From the NCBI GenBank assembly GCA_964035575.1, contig OZ037834.1, forward strand, positions 2,108,001-2,172,000: DNA of 64,000 nucleotides, read 5' to 3'. Origin of the DNA: Rhynchopus sp. YZ270_cl-10 (Eukaryota). The position numbers and the translations under genes are program-made. Of this stretch, positions 36,431-47,704 are shown piece by piece. Numbering within the stretch: position 1 is the first letter of the stretch; every line of letters begins with the position of its first letter. The notes below the pieces were generated by a model that was not told the origin of the DNA, ran no database searches, and saw nothing but the letters and a program-made list of their open reading frames with translations.

Positions 36431-38979
36431 TCTATTCCCCCATTAAAAATATGGGGGAAATATGGGGAAAATATGGGGGAATATGGGGGGGAAAATCCCC
36501 CATATTTCCCCCATATTTTCCCCATATTTTACCCCTCCCCATAATGGGGGGACAAGTATGCCTAGGGGGGGTCACATCCCATGTAAAAAGTGAGAACAGT
36601 GACCAAAAAAATTTTTTTTTGAGAAAAAAATGGACATCACCCTGAAAAACCAGAAAATATGGTCCCCAGGTGACCTACAATTCAATTCCGCCTGGTTTTG
36701 GACACTTCTGAGCACTTGTGGGGGTCTAATTCGAATTTTTCAAAATAAAAAAAACGGCCTGGGACAGGGTTTGTACTTTGGCACCTTGCAAATCGGGGTG
36801 CAATCAAAACCCATTAAAAACACCGCTGGGACGCATTGAGAGGGCGGGAAAAGTGTCGGGGACACTGTATAGGCGGTTCTGCGCCAAGTCCGCTCTAAAA
36901 TCCTTGTGTAGGCGCAGTGGAATGGCAGTAAAGGCAAAGCGCCGTATCCACTGTGGAATGGGCCTGCTGAAGGTGTCCTCAGAGGCGATTCTGCAAGGCC
37001 TGGGGAGATTGGGTTTAGGAAAACACGCGAAAAGGGTCGGGAAATGACGTGTGTGGTGTATTGAGCCTCCCACACGTACTCCTCTCTGCCGGTCATTGCG
37101 TACGGCTTGTCGTCAAGCAGTATTGTCATTGGAGCAGTGTGCGTAAGTTCCCAATACGGCGTTCCTTGCCCTTGTGAGCTTTGTGGACACCCCGTTCTTG
37201 CTGCTGTATTTCGTGGCGTGCCTGTCCGTCTTCACAAGGGATGTCTCATTCCTCCCACAGTAATCTGAGCGTGGGGTCTGAAGAAGATAAAGAAGATAAG
37301 GCAGATGCGGGGCGGTGCTTTAGTCGAGTCTGCGACTGGACATCCATCTACGTGCCTAGTACAGGGCAATTGCAGACTGAACTGCAAAACCAAGGGGGGG
37401 AATTGGTCATTGCAATATCTGGAAAGTCATACGAGGTGTTTCTTTTAAAAGGGAAGATACCCTGAGGGACCGGGTGAGGCAGTGACGGCAGATCTGCTCT
37501 ATAATTTACACCTGACTAATTTTCCTCCCTAAATTAATCACTCCCTGGCCTATTAATGGTGTGGGTACCTAAGCACGTGTATGCATTGGTCACTACGACC
37601 CACAAAATACAGATGCCAGGTGACCGTCTTGTCTTGTTTTGGCTGTATTCAAACGCAATAAGATGATATTAGTCGAGATGTGTCATTTACTTCCTAAAAT
37701 ATGAGTCATGGGCTGTTGCCATGGCCATATCTCGTTTATGTGCTAAAAATAGGAATAGGCAAGGTACAAACCCTGTCCCACGACCCCTTTTTTTTTCGGA
37801 ATTTTCATTTTCTGGTCACTTCTGGTCACTATTTTTGGTATTTTCGGGCCTCCAGGACGTTTTCCGGGGGGTCTTGGGTAGTGACTTGTGGGGTCGGACA
37901 CTGCTCTGCGCGTAGAATTAAAAAACCCTGAAAAAGTGCACTGTTCTCCCCTTGCACGGCGGGGTCCGCACACCCCGAGGGTCCGTAAAACGGCATGTTA
38001 GGAGGGTCCCTCTTTACGGAGTGTCATTACGTACCCTAGGGTACGTAATTACGGACCCTAGGGTCCGTAATTACGGAGCCTCCCAGGGAAAGGGACTCTC
38101 GAAAAATTTTTTTTGCCCCCGTTTAGGGCTAATTTCGACGATTTGAGGCCATTAAAAGCAAAATTTGGCACTTTTGAGCATCTGTGGGGGTCTAAAACGC
38201 AGTTTAGAGTACCACAATTTTTAGTGGGTTTTACCGAAAACAAGTCAATTTTTGGTCCGAAAAAAAATTTTTTTTGACATCACAAAATTGCCCTTGGTGG
38301 GACTATGTGTCCTCAATGCTGGGCGAAAAATGCAAATATAGCTATTTTTAACTTTCACACACAATTTTAACGGGTTTTACCTGTGTACCTGTGTACAGCT
38401 TATTTGTTGTGAAAGACATCTTCCACCATGCATTGAGGAGGGTAAGACAGTGGTCGCAGTTTGTACTTGATAGCATTACAACATTTAACTTCTCCACGGG
38501 GGTCTTGGGCCGTTCACTCGGTTATACCTTGACCAGCGGAAGAGGCCTTTTTGGTCTCTAGAATATCCGGTATTCCCGAACGGAGGCGCACTTTGTGTGT
38601 TACTACGACCTGGCAATTTCCAGCAGTAGGTTAAGTAATCTTTCTTGTAAATTGTTGGATCATTATCTCCTCAGTGCATGAATGCCCCACGTGACTGGAC
38701 ACTTTTGTGTTTGTCATGTGGAGCTGTGGTTGCTTTTTCACGACTTTTTTCCTTGTACACCAGTGTATCGTGTACCGGGGTACTGGGCCGAAAATACACC
38801 AGTACCCAGGTGCCTGGGTGCCCAGACACACCACTGTACCCAGAATCCAGTCTCCCACCCAGAAAACCTACTCATACACCAGAAAAGTGAAAATAGCTAC
38901 TCGACCAGAAAAGTAGCTGGGAAAAGTTCAGAAAAAGCCAGAAAATTTCAACAAAATGCATTTTTAGGTTCTCGAAGAC

Positions 38980-39265
38980 ACTGGGTACTGGGTACTGGGT
39001 ACTGGGTACTGGGTACTGGGTACTGGGTACTGGGTACTGGGTACTGGGTACTGGGTACTGGGTACTGGGTACTGGGTACTGGGTACTGGGTACTGGGTAC
39101 TGGGTACTGGGTACTGGGTACTGGGTACTGGGTACTGGGTACTGGGTACTGGGTACTGGGTACTGGGTACTGGGTACTGGGTACTGGGTACTGGGTACTG
39201 GGTACTGGGTACTGGGTACTGGGTACTGGGTACTGGGTACTGGGTACTGGGTACTGGGTACTGGG
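38980..39265 (+). repeat. (GGTACTG)n microsatellite
   Basis: Directly visible, about 40 units. Confidence 0.97.
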
Positions 39266-40754
39266 CACCCAGAGAAAGCACCTTAAAAGCAGCGAAGGCG
39301 CAGGTTACGGGGAAGACAAGGTATGTAATTATGTTTAACTTTCAGTTACTAGTGAAGATTGAACAAAAAAATGCCGCATATTTCAACTTGTTCGTGTTTT
39401 CAACTCGAAATAAACGCGTAATGTTCACACTATTAAATAGCTATTTTTTTACGCACCAATCATTTTGTGTCACCTCATGACATGAAGGAGGAAATAGAAA
39501 CAAAGCATTTTGAACACACTTGCGGTTCTGGGGACGAACCGCGCTGCAGAGCCACTCCTCAGGTCGAGGTGTGTGCGTTTCACCACAACCTCTCCCATGG
39601 GTTTTATCGTGTGATGAGTGTTACGTTTCTATTTGGTTCCACAGGCGCTCGTTACCTGCTTCACATAATTCACCTCGCTTCACTCGAACCATTTGTGCAG
39701 CAGGTCACTCTCTCGAACTGGAAAAAATCTATCTTATTTCACGGCAATAAATAGCCTTTTTTATTAACCTCACCTTTCCCGACTACTACGTTTGTATACC
39801 ATAACTTAATCACACCCCACATTTACACTTATCACAGGATCGTGAAGTCTGAACTGCACCCGCGATTGCGATGAGAAGCTTCACCGCGGTCCGACATTCA
39901 ACAACTCAAAATCTACCCGCATCAATCTATTCTGAGTTTGCGGACGAAGATCTGGGTGGAGGGGGGTGGGTACACTTAGTCAGTCACTGCTATAGCCATT
40001 AACCAAGGGAGCATAGCTAGTGCAAGAAATTCGACTTTGGAAACCTTCCGGAAAGTCTGTCCTCTGCTTGCGGAGGACTAGACACAAGAAAATATTGCGT
40101 TCCCCCAGAAAACCAGTGCACAATTTACACTCCTTGTGGGTGGTCTTGTTGCCTTTTTGGTCAACAGTAATTTTGGCCCAGGCATGCTCTTGAAGCATGA
40201 CAATTTAGTGTGTATGGGGCAGGGTGTTGTTTTGTTCTGAATTCTCTTTGTTATAACATCTAAGTCAATCGCGGGTGGTGGTTTGTGTAGCGTGAGGCAC
40301 TCTTTTTAGCAAACTTCCTGCGGCTGCTAAAGTGTTATTTCTTCGGATTTAACAACGTACAGCGTAACATAGTGGATTAGCCTGGTCGACACAACCTTTG
40401 ATAGCTATGGGATAACCAACCCCCTTCGACCCCTTGTGGGTTCACTGAACAAGCCCTAGTGGTAGTTAAACGCGATTGACATTTACATTCCTAAAGATGA
40501 AAGAACAAGACAACACTTCTGTACCCGCGCATCAAAATTGTGGAAAACTTTGCACCCCAAACACCCTCAACAACGCCCGCCAAAAGGCGCCCCTTGTTGC
40601 TGGGACTTGGTTCTCATTGATACACTGCACAGCAGGCATTCCTCTGAGTCCAACGCAGTTTGGCCTGTCTGCAGCGTTGCACCGAAGGTGCACGAAGACA
40701 GGGTCTGGTGGTAAATTTTGCGTCTCGCATTCCCTCAGGGAAGTTTAAAAACTC

Positions 40755-41085
40755 TTGAGCTCGGTTTGTTGTCAAAGACATATTCCACCATGTATTGAGG
40801 AGGGTAAGACAGTGTTCGCAGTTTGTACTTGATAGCATTACAACATTTAACTTCTCCACGGGGGTCTTGGGCCGTTCACTCGGTTATACCTTGACTACCG
40901 GAAGATATTCTTGAGGCCTTTTTGGTCTCTAGAATATCCGGTCTTCCCGAACGGAGGCACACTTTGTGTGTTACTACGACCTGGCAACTCCAGCAGTAGG
41001 TTAAGTAATCTTTCTTGTAAATTGTTGGATCATTATCTCCTCAGTGCATGGTGGAAGACGTCTTTGACAACTAACCGAGCTCACG
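40755..41085. mobile_element. Small MITE of about 330 bp, with a second truncated copy at about 38400-38680
   Basis: Inverted ends GAGCTCGGTT(T/A)GTTGTCAAAGAC...TTCCACCATG; the interior is duplicated upstream. Confidence 0.65.
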
Positions 41086-41368
41086 ACTTTTTTCGGTATG
41101 TAACTTGGGATAGGCCCACATGATCATGGTCTATCATGTGGTACCTGTGTACCACTCGGTTTGCTCCCAGGGCTTTTCGACCAGCAGTCACACATCCAAA
41201 CAGTGATTTCCCACCTTAGACCACGTAATTACGTACCCTAGGGTCCGTAATTACGGACCCTAGGGTACGTAATTACGGACCCGGGTCCGCACTTGAGGGT
41301 CCGTAATGAGGGTCCGTAAAATTTACGGACCCTCGGGTGTGTGGACCCCGCCGTGTGTGACCCCCCCT

Positions 41369-41406
<38 letters not shown>

Positions 41407-42000
41407 TTGCTCATCCTGCATTCACGACAGTGAAGTAAATGGTGAACACCACAAAGTCAAGTCATTTACTTCACCGTCGTGTTCCTCTTCCTCTGACTCC
41501 CTTCAAAGTTGACTCTACAAGGTGTTAACACATCCCCCCTTTGTGGTTTTTTTGTTTAGGAACCCAACAATACAGGGTCAAAAAAACGTCGGATTTATGG
41601 ATTTTGCTCTTTTCTTTTGCCCCGCTTTTTAAGGTAATGTCCAGAACCGAAAGAGGCCCCCCTGTGTTTGGGTTTCGATACTTACGCTACTCTACATAAT
41701 GATTCCGTCTTCAGATAGCAGCACCCCTTTGTAGGATGTAATACACGGCTCGGCTAAGCTCTGCCGTTGGGAGATCTTCTTACACGAAAGGGGGGTGTGG
41801 CCCTTCCGATGCGGTGTCGGTATTTTGTTTTAGCCTTCTGACTATCAACTTCACTTATGTTGTGATTATTCTTTGATTGTAAAGTGTATGGAACTCATTG
41901 TATTGCACTTCCAACGTCCCTCTCTTTTCTTCTTTGCGAACGCAGTTGTGAACGGTGTGCATATTTTGTGAACCAAATAAACAAACAGAGCCGCCCTTGC

Positions 42001-42559
42001 CAGGGGACATTAGTATGCCGGTGTGCCGGTGTGGCCACACCGGCTAAGCCGGTGTGGGATTTTGAGGAAAAAAAAAAAAAAAAGAAAAAAGCGGATTTTT
42101 GAATTTTTTTCTGAATTTTATCTCCTCATACAAGGCTACAACCACATCTGTAGCGGTTTCTTATGTGCATGTGACCCCACCATAAAGACCAATCGGTCCG
42201 TTCAATCAAAAGAAATAGATGTTCGCAACTCTCATAAAAAAGTAGCGTACCGTGCGCCTGCGGCGCAGCTAAAAATGACGAGCGGTAGCCCACAGCTCTA
42301 CCCTATGCCATAGTCACAGCTACCTTTACCATAGTTTGGCTATAAAAGCGTGCGATTTTATGTCACAATTTTTGAAATGTTGCGTACCGTGGCTTCGCCA
42401 GAAAAGTTTTGATGTTATATGGTTAGACAAGGGCGCGGAGGGGAAAGAGTTGTGGAGGTCTCTGCCAAAAATGCGTGGGGAAAAAAAAATTGCCTCACAC
42501 CGGCTTTTTTGGCTCACACCGGCTTTTTTTTCAAAATCTCAAACTACCAATGTCCCCTG
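42001..42559. mobile_element. hAT-type MITE with 8-bp TSD (GCCCTTGC / GCCCTTGG)
   Basis: TIR CAGGGGACATT(A/G)GTA; CACACCGG subterminal repeats; TSD matches at 7 of 8 positions. Confidence 0.8.
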
Positions 42560-42874
42560 GCCCTTGGTAATAGAAAAAAAAAAGTGGAGTTCATCCTCGG
42601 GTGTCTACACTAATACAACCAAGTTTTCAAAAAAGAAAAAGGAAAAAAGAAACCATACTGCGCTACGCACTGCCGCGGTCGCTAGACCCGCCCCTCGCTT
42701 AACCCCTTTCTGTATGTTCTTTCTGCATTTTTTTTCTTCTTTCAGTTCTGTATCGTCTCCACCCACTATGGGGCGGTTTTTAAAATATTGTCCCGTATGT
42801 ATTTTTTTTTGCGATGATGCCTGCGTTCGCGGATTCCTGGAGGCGTTTTGCACTTTCGACTTTTTTCCCCCAAC

Positions 42875-43075
42875 CGGACCCTACATCACACAGGCCTAAT
42901 TACCCTGTGTCTGCAATGATCCGTACGGGAAAGCGGGAGTAGAGCATATCAGATGTAAACCTCGAAATGGAGTGTAGGACTGCATGGTTGGGGGTCCACC
43001 TCCGGTACAGCCGGCGATTGTACCGAGAAGGTACATGGTTCATGAGAGGGCTGTTGTATATCACGTCAACTTTTA
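42875..43075 (+). repeat. Dispersed intergenic repeat; other copies at about 50450-50660, 56933-57031 and 62370-62473, fragments at about 51333 and 53830
   Basis: Shared blocks 'CAGAT...CGAAAT...TGTAGGACTG...AAGGTACA...GAGAGGGCT...TTTCAAGTCAA'. Confidence 0.75.
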
Positions 43076-43770
43076 TTCTTTTTTCATGTTGCCGTCTTGC
43101 AATGTTAGGGAGTACTTCGTGCACCCTTTTATGCGTGTCGGCTCTTTGTTGGCTGTAGGGTACTTTTGCTTTCATCCGGGGCTGGCAGCGTACAGTGGGT
43201 CAGTCGGAGGTGCGTGCCTGCATCGCCTACCCTTTTATGCTTACTGTACCCCCCTTCCCGCGCCCCCCAAGTTTTATCGAACGAAACGATGCCAACAGAA
43301 ACCCGGCTTCTGAATGAGGAAAATGAATTTAGTTTTCCTCCTCCCCCCCCCCGTGTCCCCTACCACCTATGCCATTCGCATCCCCAGCAGCTGTCGATGC
43401 CTTTACAGATCAACGGCTTGTGGGGGAGGGAGGGGAAAAAGGGTGGACTGAAGCCCGGGTGGAGCAAAGCCGTTTTTTTGTTTTTGTTTTCTGTAAATCT
43501 CAACAAAAAAACCAATACTCTCGAAGGGAGAAAACGCACCGATTAGGTTACATTCTTTGAAAAAAACACACGAGCGTTACGGGTATCTTCTTAGGAAATT
43601 TACACTAGGCTGCACACCCCTCGGGAACAAAACAGCTACGTCTCAACAACAGTCTCAACAATAATCAATGTCAATTCTCCCTCTCTCTCTCCCTCTCTTT
43701 TAGCTTATTTACCCTCTCTTCTGTCCCCGCGAATACTTCCCACAAATGACAGAATATTTCAAAAAAGACT

Positions 43771-45429
43771 ATGATAGAGCCAACCTACCCAACCGACGCA
43801 CACGACAAACTCAAGGAAGAAATCGACCTTGCCGTCCTACAGCTCTCAAGGGTAGGAGCAGCACACAGATGCACAGTGCACACCGCGCTTTCGACTACAC
43901 CCCCGCTCTTCGACGCGGTGAGTGGAACAGAGGGCAGTTGTTTGTCACGTTCTCCGTCGACTGCGGTCACTCTGGATGGGTCATCCCAGCGCTCTGCTGA
44001 TACACGGAGCTCTACCTCGCATCGTTCTGCACGAAGTGGTAGTACGTCCTCCACAGTATCGGTACAGTCCCTGCGGGGAAGGAAGCTGGCGCAGCTTGCG
44101 CGTTTGCAGACACAGATTGCGGGGCTCGCGGAGAGAAATGCGGGTCATCTCCGTGACGGAAAATACACAAACACACAGAAGAAGCCCTCACGCAAACCAG
44201 CTCCAGAACGTCACTCCCAGCCTGCACAGTCGCCGACACATCAAAATGGTTTGCAAAATCCACACAAAGATGATCCCACCCAAGAACACCGCACATCCCA
44301 TACACCAGAACCTTCAAAAAGCGTATACACAACCCCCTACAGCAGAGTGCAACCACCAAGAGAGGGGAAGGAGATTAATCAACGTTGTGTGTCTTCAATG
44401 TCGCATTCAGAAGGTAGAAGGTTTGGCAGGGTGGGTGAAATTGTGTCGAACACCGAGGTGGAAGGGGTGCAATCGAAGGAGAGCTGCCACCAGACACGCT
44501 GTGTGTCCACGACGTCGTGCAACTCCGCGGAGGGCAGGAGAATTGCGAGCCGGGTTGCTGTGTCTGCAGACCGTTTGCACCGTGGTGTCTCTACCCAACC
44601 TAACACGATGCGTGCACAACCCCATACCACTCATACCCAGGCCTCGCTCTGGGCAGAAGTCCTTTGTACCGCCCTCTCTGTCTCTCTATTCGGCAAGGCT
44701 GTAGACACAATCCTGCAACGACAGTACCAACCTAACGCCTCTGCAGGTGTACACAGCTTCCTTTCACACCCAACCCCGCTTTCGGTTGCGAAGCACAGTG
44801 TTAACGTCGTCAGGACGCAACACATCGGGGTGATCGCAGGGTTTTTGCAAGCAGTTCAGAAGAACACTGCGTTTGGTGTGAAAAATGCGTTGAGACGGCA
44901 TCTAATGTTGTGTGCAAGGGTGAGAAACACTGTAAGACGGTTTTTGAATGTCAGACAGGCCCGAAAGAAGTTGTGGACGCTACAGATCCGGAGGGCGGCG
45001 AAACACTATGTTATTCCCCAGGAAGCCCAGAACGAGACGCAGTTTGCAGAATATCGGTCGGTTGTCCGCGCCTCGCAACGCACCGATAAACGAGCGCTCG
45101 CACACAACACGCTACTCCTGCAAAAGGTCGTTTCCGTGCCGACGCTGAGTGATGCGCAGGTAGACAACATTGTGGAGGGAGCGTACCTGAGACACAAAAG
45201 GATGTATCTGGCACAGCTTGCTCTGCATGAGGTGCAGCAGACTCAAGGGGATGTGGCGGTGGGTCGGAAGGCACCACAGTTCCCTGTGCTGTTGGCGCCT
45301 GAGGTAGTGGCGAGGTTGGTGTCGACAGCGCTCGAAGGTGAGCAAGGCAGGTTTGAGGCACGTATCCAAGCCTCGCTGCTAGAGGGTGCTGTGGCAGAGG
45401 CAGTGCGTGTAGAGAGGCGGATGAGGTGA
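43771..45429 (+). CDS. Hypothetical protein, 552 aa
   Basis: Long ATG-initiated ORF after a pyrimidine tract. Confidence 0.7.
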   Translation: MIEPTYPTDAHDKLKEEIDLAVLQLSRVGAAHRCTVHTALSTTPPLFDAVSGTEGSCLSRSPSTAVTLDGSSQRSADTRSSTSHRSARSGSTSSTVSVQSLRGRKLAQLARLQTQIAGLAERNAGHLRDGKYTNTQKKPSRKPAPERHSQPAQSPTHQNGLQNPHKDDPTQEHRTSHTPEPSKSVYTTPYSRVQPPREGKEINQRCVSSMSHSEGRRFGRVGEIVSNTEVEGVQSKESCHQTRCVSTTSCNSAEGRRIASRVAVSADRLHRGVSTQPNTMRAQPHTTHTQASLWAEVLCTALSVSLFGKAVDTILQRQYQPNASAGVHSFLSHPTPLSVAKHSVNVVRTQHIGVIAGFLQAVQKNTAFGVKNALRRHLMLCARVRNTVRRFLNVRQARKKLWTLQIRRAAKHYVIPQEAQNETQFAEYRSVVRASQRTDKRALAHNTLLLQKVVSVPTLSDAQVDNIVEGAYLRHKRMYLAQLALHEVQQTQGDVAVGRKAPQFPVLLAPEVVARLVSTALEGEQGRFEARIQASLLEGAVAEAVRVERRMR

Positions 45430-46332
45430 AAGAGACAGTCTGGTGTTCTATTTCATTTCTTAAGAGGAGACAGAAAGGCTGTTTTGTTGGAATAGTGTAG
45501 TTGGCACCTGACCATGTGTGCAAGCTACTGTCTTTTTTTTTTATCAATTCTGTTAAGATATGGATGTGCCATGTGCCGCGAGGCATGTGGTTTTGTTTAG
45601 TGCTTTGTATGCTTATGATATTGCTCTGTCAGGTAAAAAAAAAACATTGCCACAAAAAGCAGGACTCACATACCCTTAAAATATGTGTAGCCTGAGGTGT
45701 AGCCATTTTTCAAGTTTTCTTTCAAGCCGTTTTTTTTTCCTTCTTTCTTTCACTTACACAGTGGGCGGGGTTCTTGTTTCTGCAGCATTGCGGAGTTTGC
45801 GTTGTTGTCTTTTAACCGTTTTTCTTCTTATTTGGCGAGCTTCTTAGGTAGGCAAACCCTATCGAGAGACTTCATGCCATCCTTATACCAACCTTTTCTG
45901 CCTTATCTCCGTCTGTTCCCTGCCGGAAAAGGACAAATATCCCCTCAGCTTTTATTTTGCCAGGCTTTCTTCACATCTCTTTCACCCCTACAATAAAAAT
46001 AGCACCCCCCAAAAAAGCTCCTTTTTCGTTTGAAATGGTGTGGTCACATAGTACTTTGCATAGACTTAAAAAACGCCGGGTTTTATTATTTTTGTCAAAT
46101 TTACCTTAGAAATTGGAGCCTAGTGTATTTTTTGACCGATTTTTTTCACTTTGTTGGTTGAGACGATTGCTACGCACACCAATCCCATCTTTGCTCACCT
46201 CTTTAGCACCATGACAACAAACCCCCTCCTCTCTCCTCTCTCCTCTCCTCTCTCCCATATCCCCATTATCCCCCATATCCCCATCTCTCCAATAGGTTTG
46301 CCACAACACAACAAAACAAAACCTACTACAAA

Positions 46333-47142
46333 ATGGTTCGTGGACCTAAGAAGCACATGAAGCGCCTTGCTGCGCCCAAGCACTGGATGGTTGACAAGCT
46401 CAGCGGAGTCTACGCGCCGAAGTCGCGCCCGGGAGCACACAAGGGAAGCGACTCCCTGCCCCTGATCCTCATCATTAGAAACCGTTTGAGGTACGCCCTG
46501 ACCCGCGGTGAGGCAATGATGATCACCAAGCAGCGTCTTGTCAAGGTCGATGGCCGTGTCCGTTGCGACCCCAAGACCCCCATCGGGTTCATGGACATCC
46601 TGACCATGGAGAAGACTGGCGACAAGTTCCGCATCATGTACGACGTGAAGGGACGTTTCGTCACCCAGAAGATCACCGACGCCTCGAAGAAGCTTCTGAA
46701 GGTGAAGAAGGTGTACACCGCCGTCAACGGCGTGCCGGTGCTGTCGACCCACGACGGACGCACCCTGCGTTACCCCGACCCGCTCATCTCGTCGGGAGAC
46801 ACTGTTGTGTTTGACCTTGAGAAGAACACCATCGTGGACTTCGTGAAGTTCAAGCCGGGCTCCCTCGTGATGGTGACCGGAGGAGCAAACACCGGCCGTG
46901 TCGGTACCGTTGAGGACGTGGAGCGCCACCCGGGCTCCTTCAACATTGTGCACGTTAAGGACGCGAACAACAACACCTTCGCCACCCGCCAGCACAACCT
47001 CTTCATTGTGGGCCGCCGTGCCGCCGACACCCTTGTCGACCTCCCCAAGGCCAAGGGTATCCGTGTCCCCCTCATCCAGGAGCGTGAGCAGCGCATTGCC
47101 GCCGTCGCCAAGAACAGGCAGTCCCGCCGCAGCAGGAACTGA
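46333..47142 (+). CDS. RPS4: 40S ribosomal protein S4 (eS4)
   Basis: 'MVRGPKKHMKRLAAPKHWM', 'THDGRTLRYPDP', 'TGGANTGRVG', 'ERHPGSF'; strong codon bias. Confidence 0.99.
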   Translation: MVRGPKKHMKRLAAPKHWMVDKLSGVYAPKSRPGAHKGSDSLPLILIIRNRLRYALTRGEAMMITKQRLVKVDGRVRCDPKTPIGFMDILTMEKTGDKFRIMYDVKGRFVTQKITDASKKLLKVKKVYTAVNGVPVLSTHDGRTLRYPDPLISSGDTVVFDLEKNTIVDFVKFKPGSLVMVTGGANTGRVGTVEDVERHPGSFNIVHVKDANNNTFATRQHNLFIVGRRAADTLVDLPKAKGIRVPLIQEREQRIAAVAKNRQSRRSRN

Positions 47143-47704
47143 ATGTAAAAAAAATAAAACCAAAAAAAAAAAAAGATAAAACAAAATGATGGAGAACTTC
47201 AAAAAAAAAAAAGAAAATAAAAGTCAGGGAGGGAAATGATTGAGGGTTGGGGGGAAAAGAAAAATGTCAAAGGAATGCCTCAAAAAAAAGATCCTCAAAA
47301 ATGGACCTCCATTTTTTTTTTTTTTCCTCGCTCGAAAAAATGGGGTGGGGGGGAAAAAAAAAGGCTTGGGGAGATCACGTCGGTGAATGAAAAAAAAGGT
47401 ATATTTTCCCCCTCTCCCACATTGCGTCCCAAGAATTCATCGGAGAAAGTCTCTCCTTCGTGTCTGGCTTCAGGTTGGCATTCACCCCAGCCGCCCAGCC
47501 GCCGCCCCTTCACGGACCTTCTTCTCTGTACTTCTGCAGCCGTATTCCCTTTTTTTGGCCCGCTGCTTGCGGTCCCGGAGAGACTGTGCGGGCCAGCTGC
47601 AGCAGGCCCTGTCTGTCTCTCCCCCCTTGTCCCCTCCCTCTGCCAACACCATCTTCACCATTTCCACCATCACCAGCACCTCCATCACCTCCCCCCTCCC
47701 CCTT

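Larger units (their letters stand above)
35547..36560. mobile_element. Non-autonomous CATA...TATG element, 6-bp TSD CCTAGG
   Basis: TIR CATACTTGTCCCCC; CCTAGG at 35541-35546 and 36561-36566; ATATGGGGGA subterminal repeats. Confidence 0.9.
37955..41355. mobile_element. CAC-terminated (CACTA/EnSpm-like) non-autonomous element, 2-bp TSD TG
   Basis: TIR CACGGCGGGGTCC(G/A)CACACCC...GAGGGTCCGTAAA; TG at 37953-37954 and 41356-41357; subterminal GGGTCCGTAATTACGGACCC palindromes. Confidence 0.85.
36563..41369. mobile_element. TAGG-type element D carrying a nested insertion
   Basis: TIR TAGGGGGGGTCACA plus a shared GAGAACAGTG once the 37955-41355 insert is removed; followed by a C-run at 41370-41406. 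Confidence 0.8.

Noticed and set aside
38682..39338. 218-aa 'YWVLGTG' repeat ORF and similar ORFs at 9199 and 33477-34021
   Set aside because: Translations of stop-free microsatellites.
46195..47202. 335-aa minus-strand ORF
   Set aside because: Antisense shadow of the strongly codon-biased RPS4.
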